This document shows, piece after piece, positions 7,999-15,697 of a stretch of DNA of 32,000 nt. A program made the position numbers and the translations under genes. The notes below the pieces were generated by a model. It was not told the DNA's origin and searched no databases. It worked only from the letters and a program-made list of their open reading frames with translations. The DNA lies in the NCBI GenBank assembly GCA_028279745.1, contig JANQNC010000001.1:150001-182000 (forward strand), written 5' to 3'. This DNA is from Candidatus Nanoarchaeia archaeon (GTDB lineage Archaea > Nanobdellota > Nanobdellia > Woesearchaeales > JANQNC01). Every line of letters begins with the position of its first letter. Position 1 is the first letter of the stretch.

Positions 7999-9842
7999 AA
8001 TCAAAAGCAACAGTAAAAAAAATAAATGCACTAGTACAAGAGTTAGAAGCCTACACAAATTATAAAAAAATAATCAAAAAAGAGGTAGACCAGATAAAAG
8101 CGCTCTATGTCAAAGGGAAAGTGAGTGCAGATAAGAGAGACAAGCTAATATTTCAACATTTGAGAGGGAAGAGTTTAGGACAAATAAATAAACAGTATGA
8201 TGCTTATTTAGATCATCTGAAAGGACAGATAAAAGTATTAACTTCTGAGGTATTCTATGATATTTATTATGATAAATCAACACCACCTGTAAAATTAGGC
8301 AAATCATTCCCTAAACTGGAAAATGTTGCAAAAGAACATAAGAAAAAATCAAAAAAGATCGTTAAAAGCAAAGGTGCAAGCGTTGAAGAAGCAAAAGCGA
8401 TAACCGAAGCGAGAGAGAAAGCAGCAAAAGCAAAGCCAACAAGAGCAGAGAAAAAAGAAGCATCGAAAACACTTAAAAAACAAAGAAGACTTGATCCAAA
8501 AAATGCAGTTGTGATAGAACATGAGAAAATAGAAGAGCCGGAGTTCATAAAAGATGAATCTGTAACTGCAGAAAAGGTGGATTTTAAGCCGAGCGTCGAT
8601 AAGATCACTGATTTAACACCTGAAGACACTAAAGAATATGTAAAAGGAGAGAAAGGCGGAAGCTTCTTGGCAAAAAGCAAAGCACAGGAAAGACTAAAAT
8701 TACCAAAAGGCAAAAAACAAAAGGTAAAAGAAGATGGTGGTTTGGAACTGCCAGAATTTATCGAGAAAAAACTGGAAGAAAGAACCTTCTTGGGAGACAA
8801 GACAGAAATCCCTCCAGACTTAGTTGAGTTAGAAACATTGCGTAAAAAAGCAGCAGAAGCACAGATAGAGATGAAAATGTCTCCAGAACAGCTAAGAGAA
8901 GAGGCAGAAAGAGTAAGAAAGTTAGTTGAAGAAAAGAAACCAGAACACGTATACAAACCTTCTAAGTTGGGAGCAGTTGCAAACCTATTTGTTCGGGGTA
9001 TAGGCAGAAAGGTAGTTGGAAAATATCCAGAACTGTTTGAACAACTATACTCGGTGTTAAGACCTGCAAACATAAGAACACTATCCAACACTTACGTTAA
9101 CATAATCATATTCTTATCCATAGTTGCAACAATACTATCTGGTGTGACTTTCTTTTTCCTATTCTTATTCACAACATACTCATTTGGCGAGTTATTTTTG
9201 AAAACATTCCTGATGGCAATCTTCATGGGAATAGTGACAATGATTGTTGTGTATGCTTACCCATTCATGAAAGTGTCAGAACGTAAAAAAAATATAGAAG
9301 TGAATATGCCCTTTGCAGTCAACCACATGAGTGCTATTGCAGCATCAGGACTAAGCCCTGCAAAACTGTTTGAGCTAGTGGCACAATCAGAAGAATACGG
9401 AGAAGTAACAATAGAGTTCAGAAAGATAGTCGAATATATCAATCTATTTGGTTATGATCTTACCACTGCACTAAACGATGTTGCGCAAAATACACCTTCT
9501 GATAAGTTTAAAGATCTGCTAGAAGGAATAAACGCAACAATGCAGTCAGGAGGAAACATACAAGACTACCTAGAAGCAAAAACAAACGAAACAATAGATG
9601 ATTACAGGATATCACAACAAAAACACATAGAAACAATAAGCACATATTCAGACATTTATACAGGAATATTAATTGCAGCACCACTATTTTTCATATCAAT
9701 ATTATCTTTAGTAAGCATATTAGGAGGAACAATAGCAGGATTCCCTGTACAAACAATAATCGCAGCAGGAACTTATCTGGCAATACCAATACTAAACGTG
9801 GGTTTCTTGCTGTTCTTACAGATAGGACAACAAGAAGTATAA
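7995..9842 (+). CDS. Pilus platform membrane protein, first T2SSF (FlaJ/TadC/PilC-type) domain, with long K/E-rich cytoplasmic N-terminus
   Basis: The C-terminal roughly 260 aa are multi-pass membrane with a T2SSF-like core (MPFAVNHMSAIAASGLSPAKLFELVA ... SGGNIQDYLEAKT). The N-terminal roughly 360 aa are charged and lack TM segments. The alternative start at 7968 (ORF track) cannot be excluded. Confidence 0.75.
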   Translation: MKSKATVKKINALVQELEAYTNYKKIIKKEVDQIKALYVKGKVSADKRDKLIFQHLRGKSLGQINKQYDAYLDHLKGQIKVLTSEVFYDIYYDKSTPPVKLGKSFPKLENVAKEHKKKSKKIVKSKGASVEEAKAITEAREKAAKAKPTRAEKKEASKTLKKQRRLDPKNAVVIEHEKIEEPEFIKDESVTAEKVDFKPSVDKITDLTPEDTKEYVKGEKGGSFLAKSKAQERLKLPKGKKQKVKEDGGLELPEFIEKKLEERTFLGDKTEIPPDLVELETLRKKAAEAQIEMKMSPEQLREEAERVRKLVEEKKPEHVYKPSKLGAVANLFVRGIGRKVVGKYPELFEQLYSVLRPANIRTLSNTYVNIIIFLSIVATILSGVTFFFLFLFTTYSFGELFLKTFLMAIFMGIVTMIVVYAYPFMKVSERKKNIEVNMPFAVNHMSAIAASGLSPAKLFELVAQSEEYGEVTIEFRKIVEYINLFGYDLTTALNDVAQNTPSDKFKDLLEGINATMQSGGNIQDYLEAKTNETIDDYRISQQKHIETISTYSDIYTGILIAAPLFFISILSLVSILGGTIAGFPVQTIIAAGTYLAIPILNVGFLLFLQIGQQEV

Positions 9843-9843
9843 A

Positions 9844-10791
9844 ATGAAAATAAAAAAAGAAGTACTATTTAGGATAGGGAAAATGGAAGTCAAACCATTA
9901 CATCTATTCATACTAGGACTCGGCATCTTCATACTACTAGTAGATACAATATTCTTCAGAAGCACAAGATGGTTCTTACCAATTATTGTGTTGGCAATTA
10001 CGGTGGGATGGCTGCAGTTCTGGCTGGCATTTTTCGTAAGAGACAAACGAAGAAAAGAGATGGAAGACAAATTCGTAGAGTTTGTAAGAAACTTAGTAAA
10101 TGCTGTGAAGTCAGGAATGCCTGTGCCGATGGCAATACAGCATGTAGCAGAAAAAGATTATGGAAGTTTAAGCTCACACGTAACAAAACTATCTAATCAG
10201 ATACAGTGGAGCATCCCGTTACATAAAGCACTATGGAACTTTGCAACCTCAACTAAAAATGCAGTAATCAAAAGAAGCGTAGCAACAGTAATAGAAGCAG
10301 AACGATCTGGAGGACATATAGAAGATGTATTAGATGCAGTAACCAGATCCGTATTGGAGATCAGAAAGTTAAGAGAAGAAAGAAAAGCGATGATACATGG
10401 GCAAGTAGTACAATCTTACATCATATTCTTTGTATTCTTAGGAGTTATGATAGTAATACAAGACTCTTTAGTTCCTTACTTAGCTCTAATGCAGACAGGA
10501 TCATTACAAGACCTATCAAGTTCAGGGATATCTATCATCCAAGGGGGAATAGAAGATCTAGTCAAAGTTGTAGAGATAGATTTTAGTTCGGTTGGAGGAT
10601 TCTTTAGCACGTTAGGTGAGTGGATGGTGAGCATGACCGGAATCTTCTTTATGCTGGCGATTTTACAAGGATTCTTTGCAGGATTAAGTATAGGAAAGTT
10701 ATCAGAAGATAGAATCAGTTCTGGGTTAAAACATTCTTTAATATTGATGACAATAGCCGCATTCGTAATGAGTTTTGCATTAGGCGGTTAG
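9844..10791 (+). CDS. Pilus platform membrane protein, second T2SSF domain
   Basis: It starts 1 nt after the previous stop. It shows a T2SSF-like pattern (SGMPVPMAIQHVAEKDYG ... IEAERSGGHIEDVLDAV) flanked by TM segments. Confidence 0.7.
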   Translation: MKIKKEVLFRIGKMEVKPLHLFILGLGIFILLVDTIFFRSTRWFLPIIVLAITVGWLQFWLAFFVRDKRRKEMEDKFVEFVRNLVNAVKSGMPVPMAIQHVAEKDYGSLSSHVTKLSNQIQWSIPLHKALWNFATSTKNAVIKRSVATVIEAERSGGHIEDVLDAVTRSVLEIRKLREERKAMIHGQVVQSYIIFFVFLGVMIVIQDSLVPYLALMQTGSLQDLSSSGISIIQGGIEDLVKVVEIDFSSVGGFFSTLGEWMVSMTGIFFMLAILQGFFAGLSIGKLSEDRISSGLKHSLILMTIAAFVMSFALGG

Positions 10792-11219
10792 AAAAGTTTT
10801 CCAGCAACATATTTTCTATATATTTCTGCGGTTTGAAACCTAAATTTTTTTATGGTGACACGATCTTTTCTAGTAAATAATTTACCATTATATGATACAG
10901 AGTCTGCATCTGTAACTGTGAATATAGAATCAAGGGTTCGATATTTTTTCATCTCTTTCTCCATGTTAGAATGTGCAGTTTGACGAAGCATAGTTGATTC
11001 TTCTATGATATTTTTTTCCATTTTGGAATGTGCTGTCTTACGAAACACACTTAATTCTTCTGTGGCTCTTTTTTCCATAGCTGAGATAGAATCGGGTGAT
11101 ATGTAGCTAGCTGAATCTGATTTTTTATCATACTTTATAGATGCAGTTGAGAGACCAATCAGGAATAATCCAGCAAGTAACTTCTTTGCTATGCTTTTGT
11201 AATTAATCATTTTTATCAT
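10788..11219 (-). CDS. Membrane-anchored/secreted hypothetical protein with internal repeats
   Basis: It has an N-terminal hydrophobic segment (LLAGLFLIGLSTA). It also has a tandem roughly 16-aa repeat (EELSVFRKTAHSKMEK / EESTMLRQTAHSNMEK). Confidence 0.5.
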   Translation of the reverse strand: MIKMINYKSIAKKLLAGLFLIGLSTASIKYDKKSDSASYISPDSISAMEKRATEELSVFRKTAHSKMEKNIIEESTMLRQTAHSNMEKEMKKYRTLDSIFTVTDADSVSYNGKLFTRKDRVTIKKFRFQTAEIYRKYVAGKLF

Positions 11220-11466
11220 AACCTATCATATTAGCGCCCGCTTTAATTCTTAATAGTTGTTGTAGTATTAAAGCACCTGCGTATTCTTTAGAGACTCTTT
11301 CGGGTTTGTTGTTTAGTGTGTGGAAATAGTTGGTTATGTTATCTTTTTTAGATCTTGTTAAAGATGCTAGATATGCACAAGACTCAAAATGTGTGTCAAC
11401 TAGATCTGTTAAGTATGTATCATCTACTTTAATTTTGAAAACATTTGTTGTTTGGTCTGGTTCCAT
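11203..11466 (-). CDS. Hypothetical protein
   Basis: This is an 87-aa ORF co-directional with its neighbours. Its end overlaps the start of the downstream gene. No motif was recognised. Confidence 0.4.
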   Translation of the reverse strand: MEPDQTTNVFKIKVDDTYLTDLVDTHFESCAYLASLTRSKKDNITNYFHTLNNKPERVSKEYAGALILQQLLRIKAGANMIGYDKND

Positions 11467-11470
11467 AATC

Positions 11471-11785
11471 TCACTGCTCGTGTACTTGGGGTTTAGGTTC
11501 CTCAGATTTAGTCTCTTCAGGATTCTTTAATGGGTGGTTATCAAGAACTTCTTTGAATTTTGTTTCGATTGTATCTTTTATTGCTCGGTAGTTGTTAGCC
11601 ATTTCTGAAAGGTAGTGGATGTTTGATATCAGGTTTGTTCTTTCACCTCTTAGGCTAAAACTAAGCGATTTTCTTGCATCTTCTACCAGCCCATTTAGCC
11701 TTAAAACTTCTTTAGTGCTGTTATTATACATATCAAATATGTACTGGCTGAACTCTATCTCCTGAGGGGTATACTGTTTTTCCAT
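11471..11785 (-). CDS. Hypothetical protein
   Basis: This is a 104-aa ORF and the first gene of a three-gene minus-strand unit. A TATA-like box lies upstream near 11806-11816. No motif was recognised. Confidence 0.4.
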   Translation of the reverse strand: MEKQYTPQEIEFSQYIFDMYNNSTKEVLRLNGLVEDARKSLSFSLRGERTNLISNIHYLSEMANNYRAIKDTIETKFKEVLDNHPLKNPEETKSEEPKPQVHEQ

Positions 11786-11918
11786 TGAAATCAGAGGGAT
11801 TAGGTGCTAATATATAAATGTTTGGCTATGTTACCCCTTTATAGTGATTAAAAAGAGAAACATTTAAATAGGAGTTCTTCATTTCTAGCTTATGGTGAGT
11901 GGCTGATGGACAGCAAAA

Positions 11919-12410
11919 ATGAGGAAAGAGATAGTAATAATGCTTATAGCAGTGTTTTTCTTAGGTTGGACTTCAAGTATGCTAGTAGGAGTATTAGCAA
12001 ATGATGCACAACCATCAATGCCAAACGGCAACACATTTGGAGAAAAAGACTCGCCATCAGACTGGATAGACGAAAGTTCAATCCATGTATATTCTGATAA
12101 AGTTGTTATTGATATCGATAACCCAAAATGGGCTAAATTTACAGACACAAATTCGATGGATCCATTCATAGATGAAGGATCAAACGCGATAGAGATAGTG
12201 CCAGAAAGCCCTTTACAGATACAACTAGGGGATGTCGTGGCTTACGAATCAGACAAATTTGATGGAGTTGTAATCCATAGAGTTGTAGAAAAAGGATACG
12301 ATGACAAAGGAGTTTACTTCATATTGAAAGGAGATAACAACATGAATGTTGATCCAGGGAAAGTAAGATTTAATCAAATCAAAAGAGTATTAGTGGCGGT
12401 GATATACTGA
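11919..12410 (+). CDS. Signal peptidase I, archaeal/eukaryal Sec11 (S26B)-type
   Basis: It has an N-terminal TM anchor followed by the ordered motifs TNSMDP (Ser box, 12150-12164), GDVVAY, VIHRVV (His box) and LKGDNNMNVD (Asp box). Confidence 0.7.
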   Translation: MRKEIVIMLIAVFFLGWTSSMLVGVLANDAQPSMPNGNTFGEKDSPSDWIDESSIHVYSDKVVIDIDNPKWAKFTDTNSMDPFIDEGSNAIEIVPESPLQIQLGDVVAYESDKFDGVVIHRVVEKGYDDKGVYFILKGDNNMNVDPGKVRFNQIKRVLVAVIY

Positions 12411-13042
12411 TGGCAGATAACATAAGTATGATAAAAGGCCTAGCTAGAGATGTAAGCGAAGGCAATTACGATAAGATACCTTTGTTGTCAGAGTTCTTAA
12501 AGCGAGAAAGGATATACAGTAGAAAGGCAATTGTGAATCTTGCTCAAAAAGGTGAAAGAAAATATCTATCAACATTAGGACATAAAAGAAAAGAAGCAGC
12601 ACAGATTATTGGAGAACAGCCCGAACATGTTATAGGCTTTATAGAAGATCTTGCAGAACACTATTCAGACGTTTTAGGAGTGGGTGTAAGAAGATATTTA
12701 CAAGATATAAACCATTTCCCAATCGGAGATATGTGTATCCCTAACAGGACAAAAAAGCCTTTTGTAGGTGTACACTTAGGAAGAGTTCCTTCAGTTATGG
12801 CCTTTGAGGGAGAAACCCTTTACTGTTATGCGGATGCGGTAATCGCCCCGGAGGCAAACACCATACTAATGTATGCTGATGAGTTTAACATGAACAGATG
12901 TAAAGCATATGCGAACTTGGTAGATGGTTTTAAGGTTGATGAAGTACATGGACCACAAGACTGTAAAGATTTCCCAATGATGAGTGCAGAAAGCGTTTTT
13001 GGAAAAATAATCGACGCAATAGATACGATCAAGGTAGACTAA
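12410..13042 (+). CDS. Hypothetical cytoplasmic protein, paralog 1 of 3 (tandem family)
   Basis: It has a TGATG overlap with the signal peptidase stop and no signal peptide. It shares its N-terminal helix and central block (KPFVGVHLGRVPSVMAFEGETLYCYAD) with the next two ORFs. Confidence 0.6.
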   Translation: MADNISMIKGLARDVSEGNYDKIPLLSEFLKRERIYSRKAIVNLAQKGERKYLSTLGHKRKEAAQIIGEQPEHVIGFIEDLAEHYSDVLGVGVRRYLQDINHFPIGDMCIPNRTKKPFVGVHLGRVPSVMAFEGETLYCYADAVIAPEANTILMYADEFNMNRCKAYANLVDGFKVDEVHGPQDCKDFPMMSAESVFGKIIDAIDTIKVD

Positions 13043-13043
13043 A

Positions 13044-13694
13044 ATGAATAAACTAGAGCTAATAAAACAACTGGCAGAAGAAGTAGAAAAAGGAGATCTT
13101 AAACAGTTAAGACCTTTGAATACTATGCTTCATGAGGAAAGGTTATATTCGCCGAAACTATTGGAAAATCTAGTTGAGAAAGGAGAACCGAACTATCTAA
13201 GAACAAACCATTACGATAAAAACGGAAAAGAAATACTTTATTTGAAGAGTTCAGAAGAACAAAACTATATCACGATGGCACAGTTTGTTATGCATTACGC
13301 AAAAGTTTTAGGAACAGATGCAAAATTCTACCACGAACTATCAAAAGACAGAGTTATCTATGATCTATCAGAGGCAATAATTGATGACAAACCTTTTGTT
13401 GCAGTATTTAGCGATGACACTTTGTCAGCAATTGCGTGCGATGGAGAAAAACTACTGTTCTACTCAGATATTGAAAGACAGGAACCTACAGGCAGCATTC
13501 AAAATAAACAATCATACATGTTTGTTCTTGCTGATCTGTTTAATTTGGCGCAGTTTAAAGGTATGATATCACAAACCTCAAAAGTGCTAGGAAGATTTGG
13601 AAAAGAAAAGATGTGGGAAAGACCAATAATCCCATACGAAGAACCGTTTGGAACATTTATAGAAAACGCAGATTTCCTTAACCCGAGATACTAA
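13044..13694 (+). CDS. Hypothetical cytoplasmic protein, paralog 2 of 3
   Basis: It starts 1 nt after the previous stop. Its conserved block is KPFVAVFSDDTLSAIACDGEKLLFYSD. Confidence 0.6.
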   Translation: MNKLELIKQLAEEVEKGDLKQLRPLNTMLHEERLYSPKLLENLVEKGEPNYLRTNHYDKNGKEILYLKSSEEQNYITMAQFVMHYAKVLGTDAKFYHELSKDRVIYDLSEAIIDDKPFVAVFSDDTLSAIACDGEKLLFYSDIERQEPTGSIQNKQSYMFVLADLFNLAQFKGMISQTSKVLGRFGKEKMWERPIIPYEEPFGTFIENADFLNPRY

Positions 13695-13695
13695 A

Positions 13696-14325
13696 ATGAA
13701 AGACAATATTGCATACATAACAGAGCTCTCTAACAGAGTCAAAGAAGGCGAATTTGAGCTATTGAAAGATCTAAAAAAATCTTTGCTGGAAGAAAAGATG
13801 TTTTCTGAAGTATTAATTGAAAACCTTGTAAAAGAAGGAGAGTTAAACTATCTTGAAAGAAGCTGTGAAGAAGGTAAGGGAAAAGACTTGTTAGTTGTAG
13901 ATTCAATTGTTGAGAATAACATGTTTGAATTAACTACTTTGTTTCTTGATCATTATTGCAAACTTCTTAAAACTCCATTGAGAGCATACAGAGAAAATTC
14001 TGCACAGCACGTTCAAGAGGATCTTACTCAACTTATAGGGAAAAATGAACCTTTTGCAGCAGTATACTCGGGAGATGAGCCTTCTGCAATCGTGACAAAT
14101 AAAGATAATCTATACATGTACGCTGAATTACAGCCACAAAATAAAGGTGTTAAGCTTGTATTGCTTGGGGACAGCTTTAACATAGGAAGATTTACCAGAA
14201 AAGTAAGCGAGCTTTCAAATGCAGCCGTACTTTATCCTGGAGAAACCATTAGCCAACAAGTGATGATGTTTTACTCTTATCCATTTGGAAAACTTTTAGA
14301 ATCAACAAGCAAGATCAAAGTTTAG
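13696..14325 (+). CDS. Hypothetical cytoplasmic protein, paralog 3 of 3
   Basis: It starts 1 nt after the previous stop. Its conserved block is EPFAAVYSGDEPSAIVTNKDNLYMYAE. Confidence 0.6.
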   Translation: MKDNIAYITELSNRVKEGEFELLKDLKKSLLEEKMFSEVLIENLVKEGELNYLERSCEEGKGKDLLVVDSIVENNMFELTTLFLDHYCKLLKTPLRAYRENSAQHVQEDLTQLIGKNEPFAAVYSGDEPSAIVTNKDNLYMYAELQPQNKGVKLVLLGDSFNIGRFTRKVSELSNAAVLYPGETISQQVMMFYSYPFGKLLESTSKIKV

Positions 14326-15124
14326 TATCCAAGAAAACTTTCATCTTCTGAACAAAATCATAAGCTTCCTTGTAATATTTATCGAATTGATCACCTTTTA
14401 TCTCTTTTATTTCTCTATGTTCGATCATCTTGTAAACTTTATAGAACTGCCTGACAATATCTATGTCTCTCTTTGATACGATTCTTCTAGGTAACATTTT
14501 AGCTTCCATCATATCAGCAACATGTGCTGGGGAAGGAGGCACTTGACCCATATGCATCAAAGCAGCGTGAGCAGAATCAATAACTGCCCAATACAAGTCA
14601 GAAGTTGCTCTCAAAATGTGCCACTTAGAATTCTGCAAAGTGGTTGGAGCTCTAATGAAATAGTTTTGGATAGCTTCAGGAGAAGGTCTAATCCTTCCTG
14701 TGAATAACAATCTTTGAACTGGCGCAAAGAAACCAGAATCAACTAACGCAACACCATCTCTTAATATGTTAACTGCAATAGGATCTGCAGCTCTTGCATA
14801 CTCCCAGAATGATGTGAATTTTAATGAGATAACATGAAGTCTTGTAGATATTTTTCTAATAGTTCGTTCAGTAACAACCCTGTATGTGTCTATCAATTCA
14901 GGAGTTAAGACTGTTTCAACATCATCAACTATACAAAGGATATCAATGTCACCTTCGCCTTTCTTTCGGTCTTTAACAGCTGAGCCGAATATTACAACTG
15001 CCTTCAGGAATTTACCAAACTCTTTATAGATTGCTTTAGCGAATTTAACAGCTAAGTCATATTTTTCAGAAGAATACTTCTCTAGGTTCGGATTGACCTT
15101 CTTATTTACTTTAAATTCCATCAT
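14315..15124 (-). CDS. Nucleotidyltransferase-domain protein with C-terminal helical (KNTase_C/HEPN-like) domain
   Basis: The N-terminus carries the minimal NTase motif VIFGSAVKDRKKGEGDIDILCIVDD (G-S ... D-x-D). The C-terminal half is all-helical. The palindromic TATA box TTTATAAA lies about 34 nt upstream of the ATG. Confidence 0.75.
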   Translation of the reverse strand: MMEFKVNKKVNPNLEKYSSEKYDLAVKFAKAIYKEFGKFLKAVVIFGSAVKDRKKGEGDIDILCIVDDVETVLTPELIDTYRVVTERTIRKISTRLHVISLKFTSFWEYARAADPIAVNILRDGVALVDSGFFAPVQRLLFTGRIRPSPEAIQNYFIRAPTTLQNSKWHILRATSDLYWAVIDSAHAALMHMGQVPPSPAHVADMMEAKMLPRRIVSKRDIDIVRQFYKVYKMIEHREIKEIKGDQFDKYYKEAYDFVQKMKVFLDTKL

Positions 15125-15166
15125 ACACCCCTTTTATGGTGTTTTAGAGGTTTTAGATTTATAAAG

Positions 15167-15270
15167 GTTCCGGTCAGCTGTACGCCCAGCTGGCATGCGT
15201 TGCGGGCGTAAACTCGCTTAGGCTCATTTAGCCCACAGGGATTCTCTGGCTTGATTTGCGGGGTTTGAGG
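15167..15270. ncRNA. GC-rich island, candidate small structured RNA or inserted element (strand undetermined)
   Basis: It is visibly GC-rich relative to its AT-rich surroundings and non-coding in all frames. It can form a 7-bp stem TACGCCC(15181-15187)/GGGCGTA(15204-15210), which competes with CAGCTG(15175-15180)/CAGCTG(15187-15192). A GGCT/AGCC hairpin lies at 15221-15233. TATA boxes flank it on both sides. I could not assign an Rfam-type family by eye. Confidence 0.3.
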
Positions 15271-15338
15271 AGATTTATAAAGAATTTATAAATGGATAGT
15301 CTATTATTGTCTCTAATAAGTGGTAACAAAAGCAAAGG

Positions 15339-15346
15339 TTTATATA
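15339..15346 (+). promoter_or_regulatory. TATA-box candidate for the 15407-18077 operon
   Basis: TTTATATA lies about 60 nt upstream of ATG 15407. The AAGAGGTAAG SD lies between them. Confidence 0.35.
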
Positions 15347-15406
15347 GTAACTATGCATTACCAAGTGTAAAAATAACCTAAAAATGAGTTATTAAGAGGT
15401 AAGAAA

Positions 15407-15685
15407 ATGGATAATGAAAAACTAGATTACCAGGACCTGGTCGGTCAGGTTGTTAGAGTTTTAGTTAATGGAAGGTTATATGATAATATGGGGATGAACT
15501 CACAGTCAAATCAATCAATACAACTAGATGCAAAATTAGAAAATGAGACTTGCAACACCCTAAAACTTGAAGAGATAACTTGTTCAAACAGAGGGTTTTT
15601 GGATAAAGAGCTATCTGGAAAAGCAACAATAAACAAAGAATATGTTATAGGTGTTTTTGGCGGCATAACAGACAAAGAAGAATAA
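15407..15685 (+). CDS. Hypothetical small protein (ORFan operon gene 1)
   Basis: This is a 92-aa ORF with an AAGAGGTAA SD upstream. No confident motif was found. Confidence 0.5.
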   Translation: MDNEKLDYQDLVGQVVRVLVNGRLYDNMGMNSQSNQSIQLDAKLENETCNTLKLEEITCSNRGFLDKELSGKATINKEYVIGVFGGITDKEE

Positions 15686-15697
15686 GAGGTAATTAAG

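Noticed and set aside
8267-9091. 274-aa minus-strand ORF
   Set aside because: It is antisense to the K/E-rich region of the platform gene. Its S/F/L-rich low-complexity translation is the expected mirror of a GAA/AAA-rich coding strand. It has no SD or promoter and lies fully inside a well-supported gene.
11885-12169. 94-aa minus-strand ORF
   Set aside because: It overlaps the signal peptidase gene, which has the ordered S26 catalytic boxes.
15167-15270. GC-rich island read as a tRNA, split tRNA half, permuted tRNA, C/D or H/ACA sRNA, or SRP or RNase P fragment
   Set aside because: I tried both strands. I found no T-loop (GTTCRANYC), no anticodon stem-loop with U33 and purine 37, no RUGAUGA/CUGA boxes, and no conserved SRP or RNase P motifs. 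It is kept only as an unclassified candidate.
15407-15685. Possible Sm/LSm-like fold for the first ORFan (LVGQVVRVLVNGRLY ... INKEYVIGVFG)
   Set aside because: The pattern is loose, and the spacing of the Sm1/Sm2-like segments is interrupted by a long insert. It is too weak to call without a profile search.
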